From IMG/VR virus record IMGVR_UViG_3300022074_000019, positions 13,924 to 77,923 of that record: a DNA stretch of 64,000 nucleotides, one strand, 5' to 3'. Of the stretch, positions 37,646 through 47,741 are shown piece by piece (position 1 is the first letter of the stretch; the number at the start of each line of letters is the position of its first letter). Origin of the DNA: a virus. Below the pieces are notes generated by a model. It had not been told where the DNA came from, ran no database searches, and saw only the letters and a list, made by a program, of their open reading frames with translations. A program made the translations under genes and the position numbers.

Positions 37646-38956
37646 CTATTTCAGATATTTCATTGCATTTTCGTAGATGTCTTCACCTGGATCCAAATCA
37701 ACTGGTCGTGGAGCAATTGGCATTTCGAAAGTAGGTGCCTGATAACCAGCTATCGATCCCATATACTGACTTCGGATTTGATCCACTTTGTCTTGTAAGT
37801 AGTTCTGATTGGCTCCAGCAAACTTAAATGCAGCAACTCGATCTGTATTTGGACGGGAATTAGCTTTTCTGGCTTGTTCAATAGCACCAGCTGCACGCCC
37901 ATAACCACTTAACTGAGATTTAGAGCGTTGAAGAAAATTGTCGTTTAGTGCGTTGTAGGCAGTGGCAGACTGCATATTTGCTAAGGCACTATCAGCATTA
38001 GTACTACCAGAAACTCCACCATTATTGCCAAAGCGCATATTGCCAACAGTGACAGAGTAATCATTGCCGACACTGGCACCTGCACCGAATTGGCTATTAG
38101 TGATTGTGGTATCCATATCGCCTTGCTTGCCAATGGTGGCAGTGATGTCTTCGGCATTAAAGGAATTGTCAGTGTTGACGTTACCAATGCCTCCCATGTT
38201 GCGTTCACCATCAACGTTGCCGCTGTTATCGAACTGTTGATTGCCATCACCAATGATTCCCTCATTGTTATTAAGAGAGTCATTGATTTGGTTGTTTCCA
38301 GTGCCTATAACAGTATTGGCGGGTTTTGGTTTGGGCATGACTTGAGGCTTGAGGGGTGTAGAATTATTTTTCTCTTCAAGCAACTTTTTATATCGAGCCA
38401 TGTCGGACTTACCAAACATACGACCACCATCCAAAGCTTTAAATGCTAGTTCTTTATCAAGACCTTTAGTTTGCTTCTCAAACAAAGCCTTTAGATCTGC
38501 AGTAGAGCTATCTTTAATTCCGTGCCGTTTCTGTGCATCAGCAAAATATGCTTCGTTGGCTTCCTTGAATGATTGAGCCCTTTCTTTAGCTTGAACGAGT
38601 TTATCATCCTTCTTGGCTAGCTTGCCTTGAAGTTTTTCAATTTTTTGATCCTTTCGGTCGATCTTTGCGTCCTTTCTTTCTATCGTATTACTGGCTTTAT
38701 TGAGTTGGTTTTCGATTCTCTTTGGCTTATTTTGAATGGCTTGAGCTTTATTTTTAGCTTTTTGCTGTTTGATAAGTTTATTGTATCGCTGCATATCTCT
38801 ACCCTGGGTGTCAAAGCTGCCACCACCATCTAGTGCCTGAAAAGCTAAACCTGCATCCAGACCTTTAGTTGCTTCCTTGTAATCAGAAAACATTCTGTCT
38901 GCTCGACTTTTATCTCCACCAGCTTTATTTAAAAAATATTCTCTATTTGCAGCCAT
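37646..38956 (-). CDS. Hypothetical virion protein
   Basis: Coiled coil, N/G-rich region, internal duplication. Confidence 0.6.
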   Translation of the reverse strand: MAANREYFLNKAGGDKSRADRMFSDYKEATKGLDAGLAFQALDGGGSFDTQGRDMQRYNKLIKQQKAKNKAQAIQNKPKRIENQLNKASNTIERKDAKIDRKDQKIEKLQGKLAKKDDKLVQAKERAQSFKEANEAYFADAQKRHGIKDSSTADLKALFEKQTKGLDKELAFKALDGGRMFGKSDMARYKKLLEEKNNSTPLKPQVMPKPKPANTVIGTGNNQINDSLNNNEGIIGDGNQQFDNSGNVDGERNMGGIGNVNTDNSFNAEDITATIGKQGDMDTTITNSQFGAGASVGNDYSVTVGNMRFGNNGGVSGSTNADSALANMQSATAYNALNDNFLQRSKSQLSGYGRAAGAIEQARKANSRPNTDRVAAFKFAGANQNYLQDKVDQIRSQYMGSIAGYQAPTFEMPIAPRPVDLDPGEDIYENAMKYLK

Positions 38957-38967
38957 GGTTTTACTAT

Positions 38968-40506
38968 TTATAAGTCAAAGCTATTACTATTGTAGTCAAG
39001 CTGAAGACTACCTCGTCTCAACAATCCACCCATAGTTAAAACCATTGAGTCAACAGCGTCATCGTGCTGTGAGTGACCAAAGTTTACTAGTTCTTCTTCA
39101 AGGATGTTCCATTTACGCCACTTGTTCCAGACAACTTTTCTATGCTCATACAAGCCAAGGACGCCTCGCAGTCGTGCAAGTTTGTCACCTTTAAATCCTT
39201 TGACCGGTGAGCAGCTCAAGTTATACAAAGCACGCTGATCAAACATGACACGTTTGAAGTCTCCTTCAAATGAAGACTGATAAGCAACGGCTTCAGGCCA
39301 AATCATGCATGAAGACATTGTTGGAAAATAATGTCCCTCATCATTCTCAAGAACAATGTTCCAGTCAGCCAGCATTTCACAAAGTGTATCCATTTTTTCT
39401 AAGTTGCCCATGCTCTTCACACGGCGTTGATCAATCAAATAGATCTTGCCATCTTTAATCCCTCCAAGCGTAAATACAGTCCAGTCATTCTTTTCGTTGA
39501 CACCTGCACTCAAGTCAATGCCAACTCCAATGCAATCATATTCTTCTGGAACCTTGCCATATACGAGTAGATCTGGTGAAATACCTACATCACTAGATTG
39601 CACTGCAGTGTTTAGATACTGATAAGCAAAAGCGACACGATCTTCTTTCTTTCTTTCGTTCAAGTATTTCATTGACCAGAATTCTGGCCAGTAGGATCGT
39701 TGTCTACCATCTGCATCAGTAATCACAGCCTTTTGTATTATTTGCTTCCAATTATTCTTTGGAACAAATAATGAGGCGTGTATATCGTCAAAGTGGAAAC
39801 GAGTTCCCAAACATATCGCCCGAGCTCCTTGGAACATCGTAGGAGCGATAACGTTAGACCACGTTTGTTCCATCTCTCTCCTAATATCTGGATTGTTGAT
39901 CGAAGCAGCAGACTTGATAGGGTCATCAATAAGTACAAGTTGGGATCGCTTTGAGGTAATTGCACCTTTGAGACCACCACACGCAATAGTGAATGCTTCT
40001 TCCCCAGCGGTATCGATACCTGCAAACTCATAATCAATGCTCCAATATTCATCTGATCGTCTTACTTTTGAAAGCCTTACCATTGGAAATATTTCACGAT
40101 ACTTTGCACTTGCCAAAATGCCTTTGATAGTCGCAGACTTTGCGCGACTAATATCAACCATGTATGCGATATAAAGTATTCGCAGCATTTTCTTGGCAGC
40201 TGCATGTCTCCCGATCATCCAAGCAGCGAACAAACCAAGGACAGTGCTTTTCGCAGATCCGCGTGGTGCGAGGATCGATGTATTTGGGCCTCCGATTCCT
40301 AATAGGCATTCACTATCAACTCCTGTGCATAGCTCATTGTTCCATTCCAACATATGCTTTGCTGGAGGTTTTCCCATAAGAGTGCAGAAGCTCACAAAGT
40401 TATCTCGTGCCTGCAGTACATCTTCACTCGGAGGTTTAGAGGTAACTTTGGTAGCGTTCATCAACGCCATGCGTTTATACGCAAGCGCTGCACTTGGAAT
40501 AGCCAT
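38968..40506 (-). CDS. terL: Terminase large subunit
   Basis: APRGSAKST Walker A, LVLIDD Walker B, GTRFH, GIDL, HDDAVD. Confidence 0.92.
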   Translation of the reverse strand: MAIPSAALAYKRMALMNATKVTSKPPSEDVLQARDNFVSFCTLMGKPPAKHMLEWNNELCTGVDSECLLGIGGPNTSILAPRGSAKSTVLGLFAAWMIGRHAAAKKMLRILYIAYMVDISRAKSATIKGILASAKYREIFPMVRLSKVRRSDEYWSIDYEFAGIDTAGEEAFTIACGGLKGAITSKRSQLVLIDDPIKSAASINNPDIRREMEQTWSNVIAPTMFQGARAICLGTRFHFDDIHASLFVPKNNWKQIIQKAVITDADGRQRSYWPEFWSMKYLNERKKEDRVAFAYQYLNTAVQSSDVGISPDLLVYGKVPEEYDCIGVGIDLSAGVNEKNDWTVFTLGGIKDGKIYLIDQRRVKSMGNLEKMDTLCEMLADWNIVLENDEGHYFPTMSSCMIWPEAVAYQSSFEGDFKRVMFDQRALYNLSCSPVKGFKGDKLARLRGVLGLYEHRKVVWNKWRKWNILEEELVNFGHSQHDDAVDSMVLTMGGLLRRGSLQLDYNSNSFDL

Positions 40507-40531
40507 ATATTCTGTATCTAGTAATTACAGT

Positions 40532-40819
40532 TTAGCGATACCAACCACGTCTGCGCTCTACTGCATACTGAGCCATTCGATCCAAATATGACGCACGTGC
40601 TGCTGCAATTGCATTCTGACGTCTTGTAATTTCATATGCGATGCGCATGGCTTCTTGCAGCTTGCGTCTTTCCACTTCTCTAGCATTGTATCCAGTTAAT
40701 TGCTCTGTTCCCAAATGAGGCATTCCAGGCAATGCTGCTGCCAATGTTCCGCGAAGCCGAACGGCATTCGTACTATGTTCCCTAATCTCAGGTAGTTCAG
40801 GTAACTCTGGAATCATCAT
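40532..40819 (-). CDS. Hypothetical protein
   Basis: Translationally coupled ORF. Confidence 0.5.
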   Translation of the reverse strand: MMIPELPELPEIREHSTNAVRLRGTLAAALPGMPHLGTEQLTGYNAREVERRKLQEAMRIAYEITRRQNAIAAARASYLDRMAQYAVERRRGWYR

Positions 40820-41352
40820 TACCCGTTTACCTCGCTATACACTTTTGCCCAAACCGCATTCATTGCATTTTCAATGGGTTCAGAAAATTGAGGATCATCT
40901 TTGAAGATGGCTGTTAGTTCACGCATAACACGGTCAGCACCAGCCAAAATCAATCCACGTTTGTCAGTTGTTTTGTTAAATCGTTCAGAAGTCTCAATAT
41001 GACTGCGTAGTTCTTTCTCTAGGCTTGCAAGTCGCGCTGCTCCGTCTGATCCTTTTATCTCACCAGAAGTGATAGCCATACGCAACTCTTGAATATCACT
41101 ATGCAACGCACTGATTTCACTGTTCAAGATGCCACGTCGATCAAGCTTTTTAAATTTCATTTTGATCCATCGGGCCAGATCATTAAATGAACCTTCGTAT
41201 CCACAGATACCTGCATATACCCAAATCTCAATTACTGAAGGAGTGACATCAGCAAATTCTCTGAAGTCCTCACTCTCAGCGGCAGGAAGTGAATCCAACC
41301 ACTGATCAACAACTGTGAGATATATCTTACCGGTTGACGTAGAAGTAGTCAT
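40819..41352 (-). CDS. Possible terminase small subunit
   Basis: Helical 177-aa protein close upstream of terL; positional evidence only. Confidence 0.35.
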   Translation of the reverse strand: MTTSTSTGKIYLTVVDQWLDSLPAAESEDFREFADVTPSVIEIWVYAGICGYEGSFNDLARWIKMKFKKLDRRGILNSEISALHSDIQELRMAITSGEIKGSDGAARLASLEKELRSHIETSERFNKTTDKRGLILAGADRVMRELTAIFKDDPQFSEPIENAMNAVWAKVYSEVNG

Positions 41353-43202
41353 CAGAACATGCCTGCCAATCCGCGTGCATATTTACTCTGTCGTGCTGCC
41401 TTCTTGTCATCTTCAATTGTTGCCTGCTGCATAGTTTTACGCTCTTGACTTCCAGTTGTTTCAATCTTGCGAACATCTTGATCGCCCTGTCCAGCAATTT
41501 GTTCGAGAGCTTGTTTGCCTCTCTGTTCACCCATGCGGAAATCTTGATCACCTTGTCCAGTGATTTGTTCAAGAGCTTGCTTACCTTTAATACCTTGGAG
41601 AGCACGATCAGCAAAAGCTTGGGCATCAATCTTTCGAACGTCCTGATCACCTTGGCCTGCAATCTGCTCAAGAGCTTGCTTGCCTTTTTGATCTTGAAGA
41701 CGAATGTCTTGATCCCCTTGAGCCTTAATGCTAAGGCGTTGTTGATTACCTTGAGCACCAATCTGCTTTAAAGCTTCAATGCCTTGTGCACCAATTTGAT
41801 CCAACTTGCCTTGGTTATCAAGTTCTTTAAGTGCCTTATCAACATCACCCTGTTCAAGGATTTGATCAATTGCACCAGAGTTTTTTAGTGCTTGTAGCTC
41901 TTGATCATTTAAGCCCGATTGCTTAAGTTGATCCAAAGCTTGCTTACCCCTTATATTCTGAAGCTTCGCATCGACATTACCCTGTCTGTCGATCTTTTGA
42001 AGATCGATCTTACCCTGAGTGCTTAACTGTTGAATTTTTTGTCTACCATCTTCTGACTTCAACCACTTGTCAATGCCACCTTGAGCATTGATTTTTTTAA
42101 TGTCAATGTCACCTTGCTTGACAAGCTGCTGAAGAGCTTGCTTGCCCTTCATTCCCTGAAGAGCTTTATCAATATTGCCTTGTGCGCCAATCTGCCGAAG
42201 AGCCTGCTTACCCTTCATTCCTTGCAGAGCTTTATCGATGGCACCTTGGGCACCAATCTGCTTCATAGCTTGCCGACCTTTAGTGGATTGCAGCCACTTG
42301 TCAATTCCGCCTTGACGGTCAATCTGCTTAAGTGCACCTCTATCTCTAAGTGCTTGCAGCTGCCGGTCGTTTACACCAGACTGCTTCAGTTGCTCAAGGG
42401 CTTGATCCCCTTTTAAACCTTGAAGTGCTCTGTCTTGCCGTCCGGAAGTTCTGATCTGGCTAATAGCCTGCTTACCTTTTGTAGATTGCATCCACTTGTC
42501 AATGCCGCCTTGCTCTTGAATTTGCTGCAAGGCTCCAGAAGTCTTCAATTGTTGCAGCTGTTGATCGTTAAAGCCAGACTGCTTTAACTGGTTCATTGCT
42601 TGGGCACCTTTGATGTCTTGCAGATTAACATCTTGCCGACCTTGAGTGCGAATGTTCAGACGATTCTGTTGACCTTCAAGTCTAGTTTGGTTTTGCTGAA
42701 TGTCTCCACGTAGTGCAAGTTGATTGTTTAATCGATTTGCTTCGTCCTTTGCAAATTGCTCTTGAAAGTCATACTCGGCACCCATCTTGGTCATGCCATA
42801 GTTGAATTCCTTTTCCATGATGCCACTCTTGTTGCCAAACTCAAGTCCGGCAGCAACAGCCATCTGATTGGTGGCTATACCGGCATTAGTCAGTGCAATT
42901 TCTTGTGCTTGCTGAGTATTCATTGCACCTTGGATTGCATTCGACATGAACGTGTTCTTGATAGCAGCGCCTGCCGGATCATCAGTTGAGTCAGGCTGCC
43001 ATTTAAAGAACTTATCCATCATGCTCGCAAAATTAAACATGCCTGTATTTCTACTGCCCTGATTAGACGTGCCCCGCTGGCTATCTTGCTGAGCCTTAAG
43101 CTCCTTATAACGCTTCGCATCAGCAGCATCCCAATTGGGACTACCACCCATGGCTTTTTTGACTAGAGCTGGATCTAACCCCGGGGGTGGTTTTCTCGCC
43201 AT
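41352..43202 (-). CDS. Gln-rich 11-residue-repeat coiled-coil protein (putative ejection/pilot protein)
   Basis: Gly about every 11 residues over ~430 aa. Confidence 0.6.
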   Translation of the reverse strand: MARKPPPGLDPALVKKAMGGSPNWDAADAKRYKELKAQQDSQRGTSNQGSRNTGMFNFASMMDKFFKWQPDSTDDPAGAAIKNTFMSNAIQGAMNTQQAQEIALTNAGIATNQMAVAAGLEFGNKSGIMEKEFNYGMTKMGAEYDFQEQFAKDEANRLNNQLALRGDIQQNQTRLEGQQNRLNIRTQGRQDVNLQDIKGAQAMNQLKQSGFNDQQLQQLKTSGALQQIQEQGGIDKWMQSTKGKQAISQIRTSGRQDRALQGLKGDQALEQLKQSGVNDRQLQALRDRGALKQIDRQGGIDKWLQSTKGRQAMKQIGAQGAIDKALQGMKGKQALRQIGAQGNIDKALQGMKGKQALQQLVKQGDIDIKKINAQGGIDKWLKSEDGRQKIQQLSTQGKIDLQKIDRQGNVDAKLQNIRGKQALDQLKQSGLNDQELQALKNSGAIDQILEQGDVDKALKELDNQGKLDQIGAQGIEALKQIGAQGNQQRLSIKAQGDQDIRLQDQKGKQALEQIAGQGDQDVRKIDAQAFADRALQGIKGKQALEQITGQGDQDFRMGEQRGKQALEQIAGQGDQDVRKIETTGSQERKTMQQATIEDDKKAARQSKYARGLAGMF

Positions 43203-43268
43203 TTCAATCTACTTAAGCATTGTCTATATTCTACAAAGTTAGAATAGGACTATTGCATAGACGAAGGT

Positions 43269-44201
43269 ATGTCATTTATTCAAGCTGGTAATGAAGCTGT
43301 TCGTGCTGCATTAAAAGCAAGAATTGCTGCTGAACGGAATAAACCTAAATACGACCGATTTGGTAAACAAGCTATTCAAGATCAGACTGCGCAAGATCTC
43401 CTTTCAATGGAGATTCGTGGACGTGCTCAACAGGCTGCTATGGCTGTAAAGTCTAATCAAAAAACACGAGAAATAAATAGAGAGGCGGAAGAGTTTGCTA
43501 AAGAGCAAGTTCGCAGTGCAAAGATGGCAGGTAAGTTGGCTGGTGGAGCTGCTTTGATTGGAAGCTCTTATTTCATGAGTAAGCGCAAGGATGAAGCGGA
43601 TGGAAGAATCAGTATGCTTCAGGACTTTATTGATAAAAATAATGAATTAGGCCGTAGAGATCAAGAGGAATATAATCAACGATCAACTGAATCTCCCACT
43701 GAAACAGTAAGTGAGAATGATGCTTCTACTACTTCCTTATCAGGAAGTTATCCGACACCTAGTTCTAAAGAGACTTTGTCTGAATCATTTCCAAAGCCTA
43801 TTTCCTCTGGTCAGGCAATGTCTGCAGGTCTAGGTTCATACAAAGGTGGACCTAAGGCCACACAGGCTCAAATGACTAAGTTTGCAGAGCAGGCAGGCTT
43901 TAGTCCTGAGAATGCAAAGATTATGGCAGCAATTGCAATGGGTGAATCTGGCGGACGTCTAAAAATCGATACAGTCCAATCTGGACTTGATCCCAATATG
44001 AAAAATGAGTTTTCTGTTGGTGCTACTCAAATCAACGTTCAGGCACATGGAGACAAGCTTGCAAAACTTGGGTATACAGCCGATGATCTACGAGATCCTG
44101 TCAAGAATTTCCAAGTTGCCAAAATGGTTTACGACGAGATGGGCTCGTTCTCGCCGTGGAGCGTTTATAAATCTGGAGACTACAAACAGTATCTTGATTA
44201 A
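43269..44201 (+). CDS. Virion-associated lytic transglycosylase (SLT-like)
   Basis: AIAMGESGG...G.TQIN...DP..N...A...Y......PWSVY. Confidence 0.8.
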   Translation: MSFIQAGNEAVRAALKARIAAERNKPKYDRFGKQAIQDQTAQDLLSMEIRGRAQQAAMAVKSNQKTREINREAEEFAKEQVRSAKMAGKLAGGAALIGSSYFMSKRKDEADGRISMLQDFIDKNNELGRRDQEEYNQRSTESPTETVSENDASTTSLSGSYPTPSSKETLSESFPKPISSGQAMSAGLGSYKGGPKATQAQMTKFAEQAGFSPENAKIMAAIAMGESGGRLKIDTVQSGLDPNMKNEFSVGATQINVQAHGDKLAKLGYTADDLRDPVKNFQVAKMVYDEMGSFSPWSVYKSGDYKQYLD

Positions 44202-44908
44202 ATCGTGAAACCTTGGCCTAGATTTCGTAGTCCAGCCATTAAGGTCATAAACATACGATCTTTGCGCTCTTGTGCTTTTAGTTTGTCAGCTTGCTGAAGC
44301 TGCATAATTTGTAGCTGATAATTTCTGTTTTGAGCCGCTCTGTTATCAGCACGATCTTGATACTGCAATCTCATACGTTCGTCATAACGCTTTTGTTCTT
44401 GGATTCTGGCATTTTCTTTTTCTTTTTTCGCTTCTGCAACCTGTCTTTGACTGTCAGCAGCTCGAAGAGCATTAATAGTAGAGACAGTCGCTCCAGGTCC
44501 TAGCTTAGTGAGATCTAATCCAGGATTAGTGATTTGAGCTTCAGCCAAAGCTTGCCCCGTTAGTTGCATTTCAAGCAATCGATTTTTAGCAGCTACAGCA
44601 GTTTCACCTTCCTGAACTTGTAAAGCTTCTTCGGTAGTATTTATACCAGGAATAATGTCTCCTAGCTGCCGAGCTTTTAATCTTTCTTGAGACAGTAATT
44701 CGTTGAGGTCATTACGCTTAATTTCTGCAGCTCTTTGACGTAAGGCTTCTTCTGAGAATTGATCACCTTTTCCTAACAAAAAGGCAGCACCTTGACGAAA
44801 CCGATCACCAATATCAAAGCCGTCTTTAAATTTCTTTCTATCTTTTGTTAGCTCTTCACCGCTAGCAACTTCATCTTGATCAAGAATATTAAAAATGTCG
44901 ATACTCAT
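44198..44908 (-). CDS. Putative internal virion protein
   Basis: Coiled coil, late block. Confidence 0.5.
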   Translation of the reverse strand: MSIDIFNILDQDEVASGEELTKDRKKFKDGFDIGDRFRQGAAFLLGKGDQFSEEALRQRAAEIKRNDLNELLSQERLKARQLGDIIPGINTTEEALQVQEGETAVAAKNRLLEMQLTGQALAEAQITNPGLDLTKLGPGATVSTINALRAADSQRQVAEAKKEKENARIQEQKRYDERMRLQYQDRADNRAAQNRNYQLQIMQLQQADKLKAQERKDRMFMTLMAGLRNLGQGFTI

Positions 44909-45432
44909 CAGAACATTCCTCCACGAAGTGCTGCCAAAGCTTCTTCCATTCTACGTTGTTCTGGTGTCTTTCTATCTCCAAGAATGAACTGTGTGGCATC
45001 ACTTGCCATCTTGCCCAGGCCAACACCTGCAGCAGTTCCAAGAGGGCCACCAACAGAACCAAGTGCACCACCAATCATCATGGCAGTTGCATCCATTGCT
45101 TTGTTTGCACCACTCTCTTGACCAAACACAAGGTCACCAACTGCCATTGCACCGCCTAAGGCACCCAAGCCAGGTGCCAGAACTCTTGCTGCAGCACCTA
45201 CTTTTGCCATGCCGGGAAGTGAGCCCAAAGCTGCACCTGCAGAACCAGCCATTTTGCGTCCACCTTTGCCGACTGCACGGCCAGCTACCGCTTTTGCTTG
45301 GCGAGTGGGTTGCTCAAGTCCTCCATATAGCTGAGCTACTAAATCTCCATACACTTCAGCTCCTTCCTGAGCAAGGACACGGCCTCCTTGCATTTCACGT
45401 AGCAGTAGCTCTTTTTCTAGCTGGGTCATCAC
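44908..45432 (-). CDS. Gly-zipper putative internal virion protein
   Basis: GGALGSVGGPLG-type segments. Confidence 0.5.
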   Translation of the reverse strand: MMTQLEKELLLREMQGGRVLAQEGAEVYGDLVAQLYGGLEQPTRQAKAVAGRAVGKGGRKMAGSAGAALGSLPGMAKVGAAARVLAPGLGALGGAMAVGDLVFGQESGANKAMDATAMMIGGALGSVGGPLGTAAGVGLGKMASDATQFILGDRKTPEQRRMEEALAALRGGMF

Positions 45433-46094
45433 TTAACTCCTTGTAGAGCTTCTTTTGCTTCAAGACGAGTAACCTTGGTTTCTAGCTGTTGAACTGCACG
45501 AACCAAAAGGCCAATTAGATCACCAGTATCAATACATAGTTTATCAATTGTGGGATCATGATAAGTTGCATCAGGCAGTACCTGTTGGTATTCCTGTGCA
45601 ATAAAGCCGTGATGAACACGATTATAGTCAGTGCTGTACTCTTCTTTGTAATTGAAGGTTACTGGGCGCAAGTTACGCAGCATACTCAATGCGTCTTCAA
45701 TTCGTTCAATGTTTTCTTTTGTATCTTCGTCAGAGAGTACAGCTGAAGCAATCAATGTGCCTCCAGCTTGAATTATAGAACCCATTTTACTTTTATTTGC
45801 TGCGTCTGATACTCCATCTTTATAGGATTCTGCGTCTTCCTTAGCTTGTATGACTTGTTGTGCAGCTTTTAGTCCTGAGTCTCGAACACCGTGAATAACT
45901 TTCATTTGGCCACGATTTAGTGCGCCAATACGTGCTTGTCCTGCTTCTGCAAGACCACTAAAGTCAGGCTTATTGTCTTCTAAGAAACTGTAGCTGTCAG
46001 CAACTGTTGCTTGCCCTGCAGCACCAGTACCGCCAGTCATACTGCGGTGTTCGCTTAAATTGAAATCACTAAACCTTAGATCACCAAAAGCCAT
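45429..46094 (-). CDS. Protein with C-terminal peptidase S74 chaperone domain
   Basis: SDEDTKENI...LRPVTFNYK...GFIAQE...L..AVQQL. Confidence 0.8.
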   Translation of the reverse strand: MAFGDLRFSDFNLSEHRSMTGGTGAAGQATVADSYSFLEDNKPDFSGLAEAGQARIGALNRGQMKVIHGVRDSGLKAAQQVIQAKEDAESYKDGVSDAANKSKMGSIIQAGGTLIASAVLSDEDTKENIERIEDALSMLRNLRPVTFNYKEEYSTDYNRVHHGFIAQEYQQVLPDATYHDPTIDKLCIDTGDLIGLLVRAVQQLETKVTRLEAKEALQGVK

Positions 46095-46123
46095 TGCACT
46101 ATTGCTTATCTCTTACTAGTTTA

Positions 46124-46555
46124 TCAAGGCTTAAAAATCGAATATCCAATATCTTGTGTGTAAAATTCACCAGGACTCATTCCTCCAAAAATAGTATCTT
46201 TATTGAACGCATCACTATATGTTCCTATTTTTGGCCCTTCTAATTTAATAGGTTTTTTGCCAAAAACTCCGCCTTTAATTGCAGAGCCACTAATATTTCC
46301 AACCGCTCCTGCAAATGCTCCAGTCAGTCGAGCATCTGCTTGTTCTGCCACTCCAAATGCCTCAGCATCTCTTGCATATCTTGCAGCTTCATTTCGAGCA
46401 ATTGTATTAAGAGCATTAGCTTGAGCTTCACCCATGGTTCCCATGGTTGCTAGATCTTGATCTACAGCATCTTTAATGCCACGTCCGCCAATTTCGTCAT
46501 AACCTGCATTCTTTGCCATAAATGATGCAAGACCAGGGGGATTAGCAAAGCGCAT
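46124..46555 (-). CDS. Putative internal virion protein
   Basis: A/G-rich; own TAAACT -10. Confidence 0.5.
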   Translation of the reverse strand: MRFANPPGLASFMAKNAGYDEIGGRGIKDAVDQDLATMGTMGEAQANALNTIARNEAARYARDAEAFGVAEQADARLTGAFAGAVGNISGSAIKGGVFGKKPIKLEGPKIGTYSDAFNKDTIFGGMSPGEFYTQDIGYSIFKP

Positions 46556-46583
46556 GGTTCTTAATCTTCGTTTCTACAGTTTA

Positions 46584-47741
46584 TCAAAACTGTGGATTAT
46601 TCAATTGATTTTCTACGGTGTTACGCCGACGTCGCTCCTCCTCAAGTAAGTTTCCTGCAATTTGACCAGCTGCAAGTCCAGTCACACCGCCAACAAAACC
46701 ACCACGGATTGGCTTTTTACTTCTAACACCTGCAACACCGCCTGCTAATGCACCAAGATATGGAACGATGCCTGTAGTTACTGGAAGACTACGTCCAAGG
46801 AATTGCAGTTCAGGTCCGTGCACCCCCTCACTAGTAGTTTTCACAACACCACCAGGAAGTCCAAACTTGCCATCATCAAATGGATTCAAGTCGATCCCTT
46901 TGTCATATTTAAACGCTTGATAAGCTCTGTACTCTTCAGGTGATACATCTGGACGAACCTCTTTGAACTCACTATATGGAAGCATCTTTCCAGTAGAGCC
47001 CATTAGATATTTCAGTCCTACTTCGCCAAGGACGTTTGCTGTTTTTGTTGGATCCTCTTCACTAGGAAGCGCAGCCTTATAACCTTCTGCTCCACCAAAT
47101 GGTGTTAGCAAACCAAGTCCAGTGTTGATCGCAATTCCTGTAGGAATACCAAGTGCAGCTAAATACCCAGGTTCAAAGTTTCGTTTTTGTACATTGCCTT
47201 CACTATCAATACTTACACCTTTACGTGGGTTCCCAGCATCGTCTAAATACTTACCACCTTTAGGGGTAGTCTTGATCTTACCTACGGTCCTCTTTCCATA
47301 AAGAGAGGGATTAGCCAGGCCCATTGCGGACTCTGCAATTACATTGCCTGTAGCCTGTGCAGCATTCAGAAGCCAATAGAAGTTACGAGTATTGTCCTGT
47401 GTCACGTCTGCAGCCACAGTTCCTAACATCTGTCCAGACCTAGGACCAATGCCTTGTCTAGCACCTATACCCAAATCCTCTCGAATCATCCGAGCGTCCC
47501 TCTCTTTTTTTGAGAGAGTTTTTAGCCCCATATTCATAAGGGCATCATCAATAGCTTCTTTTGTTCGAATGCCGGTTGGATATGCACCAGCCATTTCTGA
47601 CATTCGTGGAGCATTCTCAGATTGACCAGCTGCTTTGCGTCCTTCACGATATGCCTTAGACCACTCTTCCCTACCTTCACCGTAAGCTTCTCTTGTCGCA
47701 TCCAAGAATCCTCCAAGATTTAGTGGCAATCGTCTAGCCAT
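46584..47741 (-). CDS. Putative internal virion protein
   Basis: G-rich 385-aa ORF. Confidence 0.55.
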   Translation of the reverse strand: MARRLPLNLGGFLDATREAYGEGREEWSKAYREGRKAAGQSENAPRMSEMAGAYPTGIRTKEAIDDALMNMGLKTLSKKERDARMIREDLGIGARQGIGPRSGQMLGTVAADVTQDNTRNFYWLLNAAQATGNVIAESAMGLANPSLYGKRTVGKIKTTPKGGKYLDDAGNPRKGVSIDSEGNVQKRNFEPGYLAALGIPTGIAINTGLGLLTPFGGAEGYKAALPSEEDPTKTANVLGEVGLKYLMGSTGKMLPYSEFKEVRPDVSPEEYRAYQAFKYDKGIDLNPFDDGKFGLPGGVVKTTSEGVHGPELQFLGRSLPVTTGIVPYLGALAGGVAGVRSKKPIRGGFVGGVTGLAAGQIAGNLLEEERRRRNTVENQLNNPQF

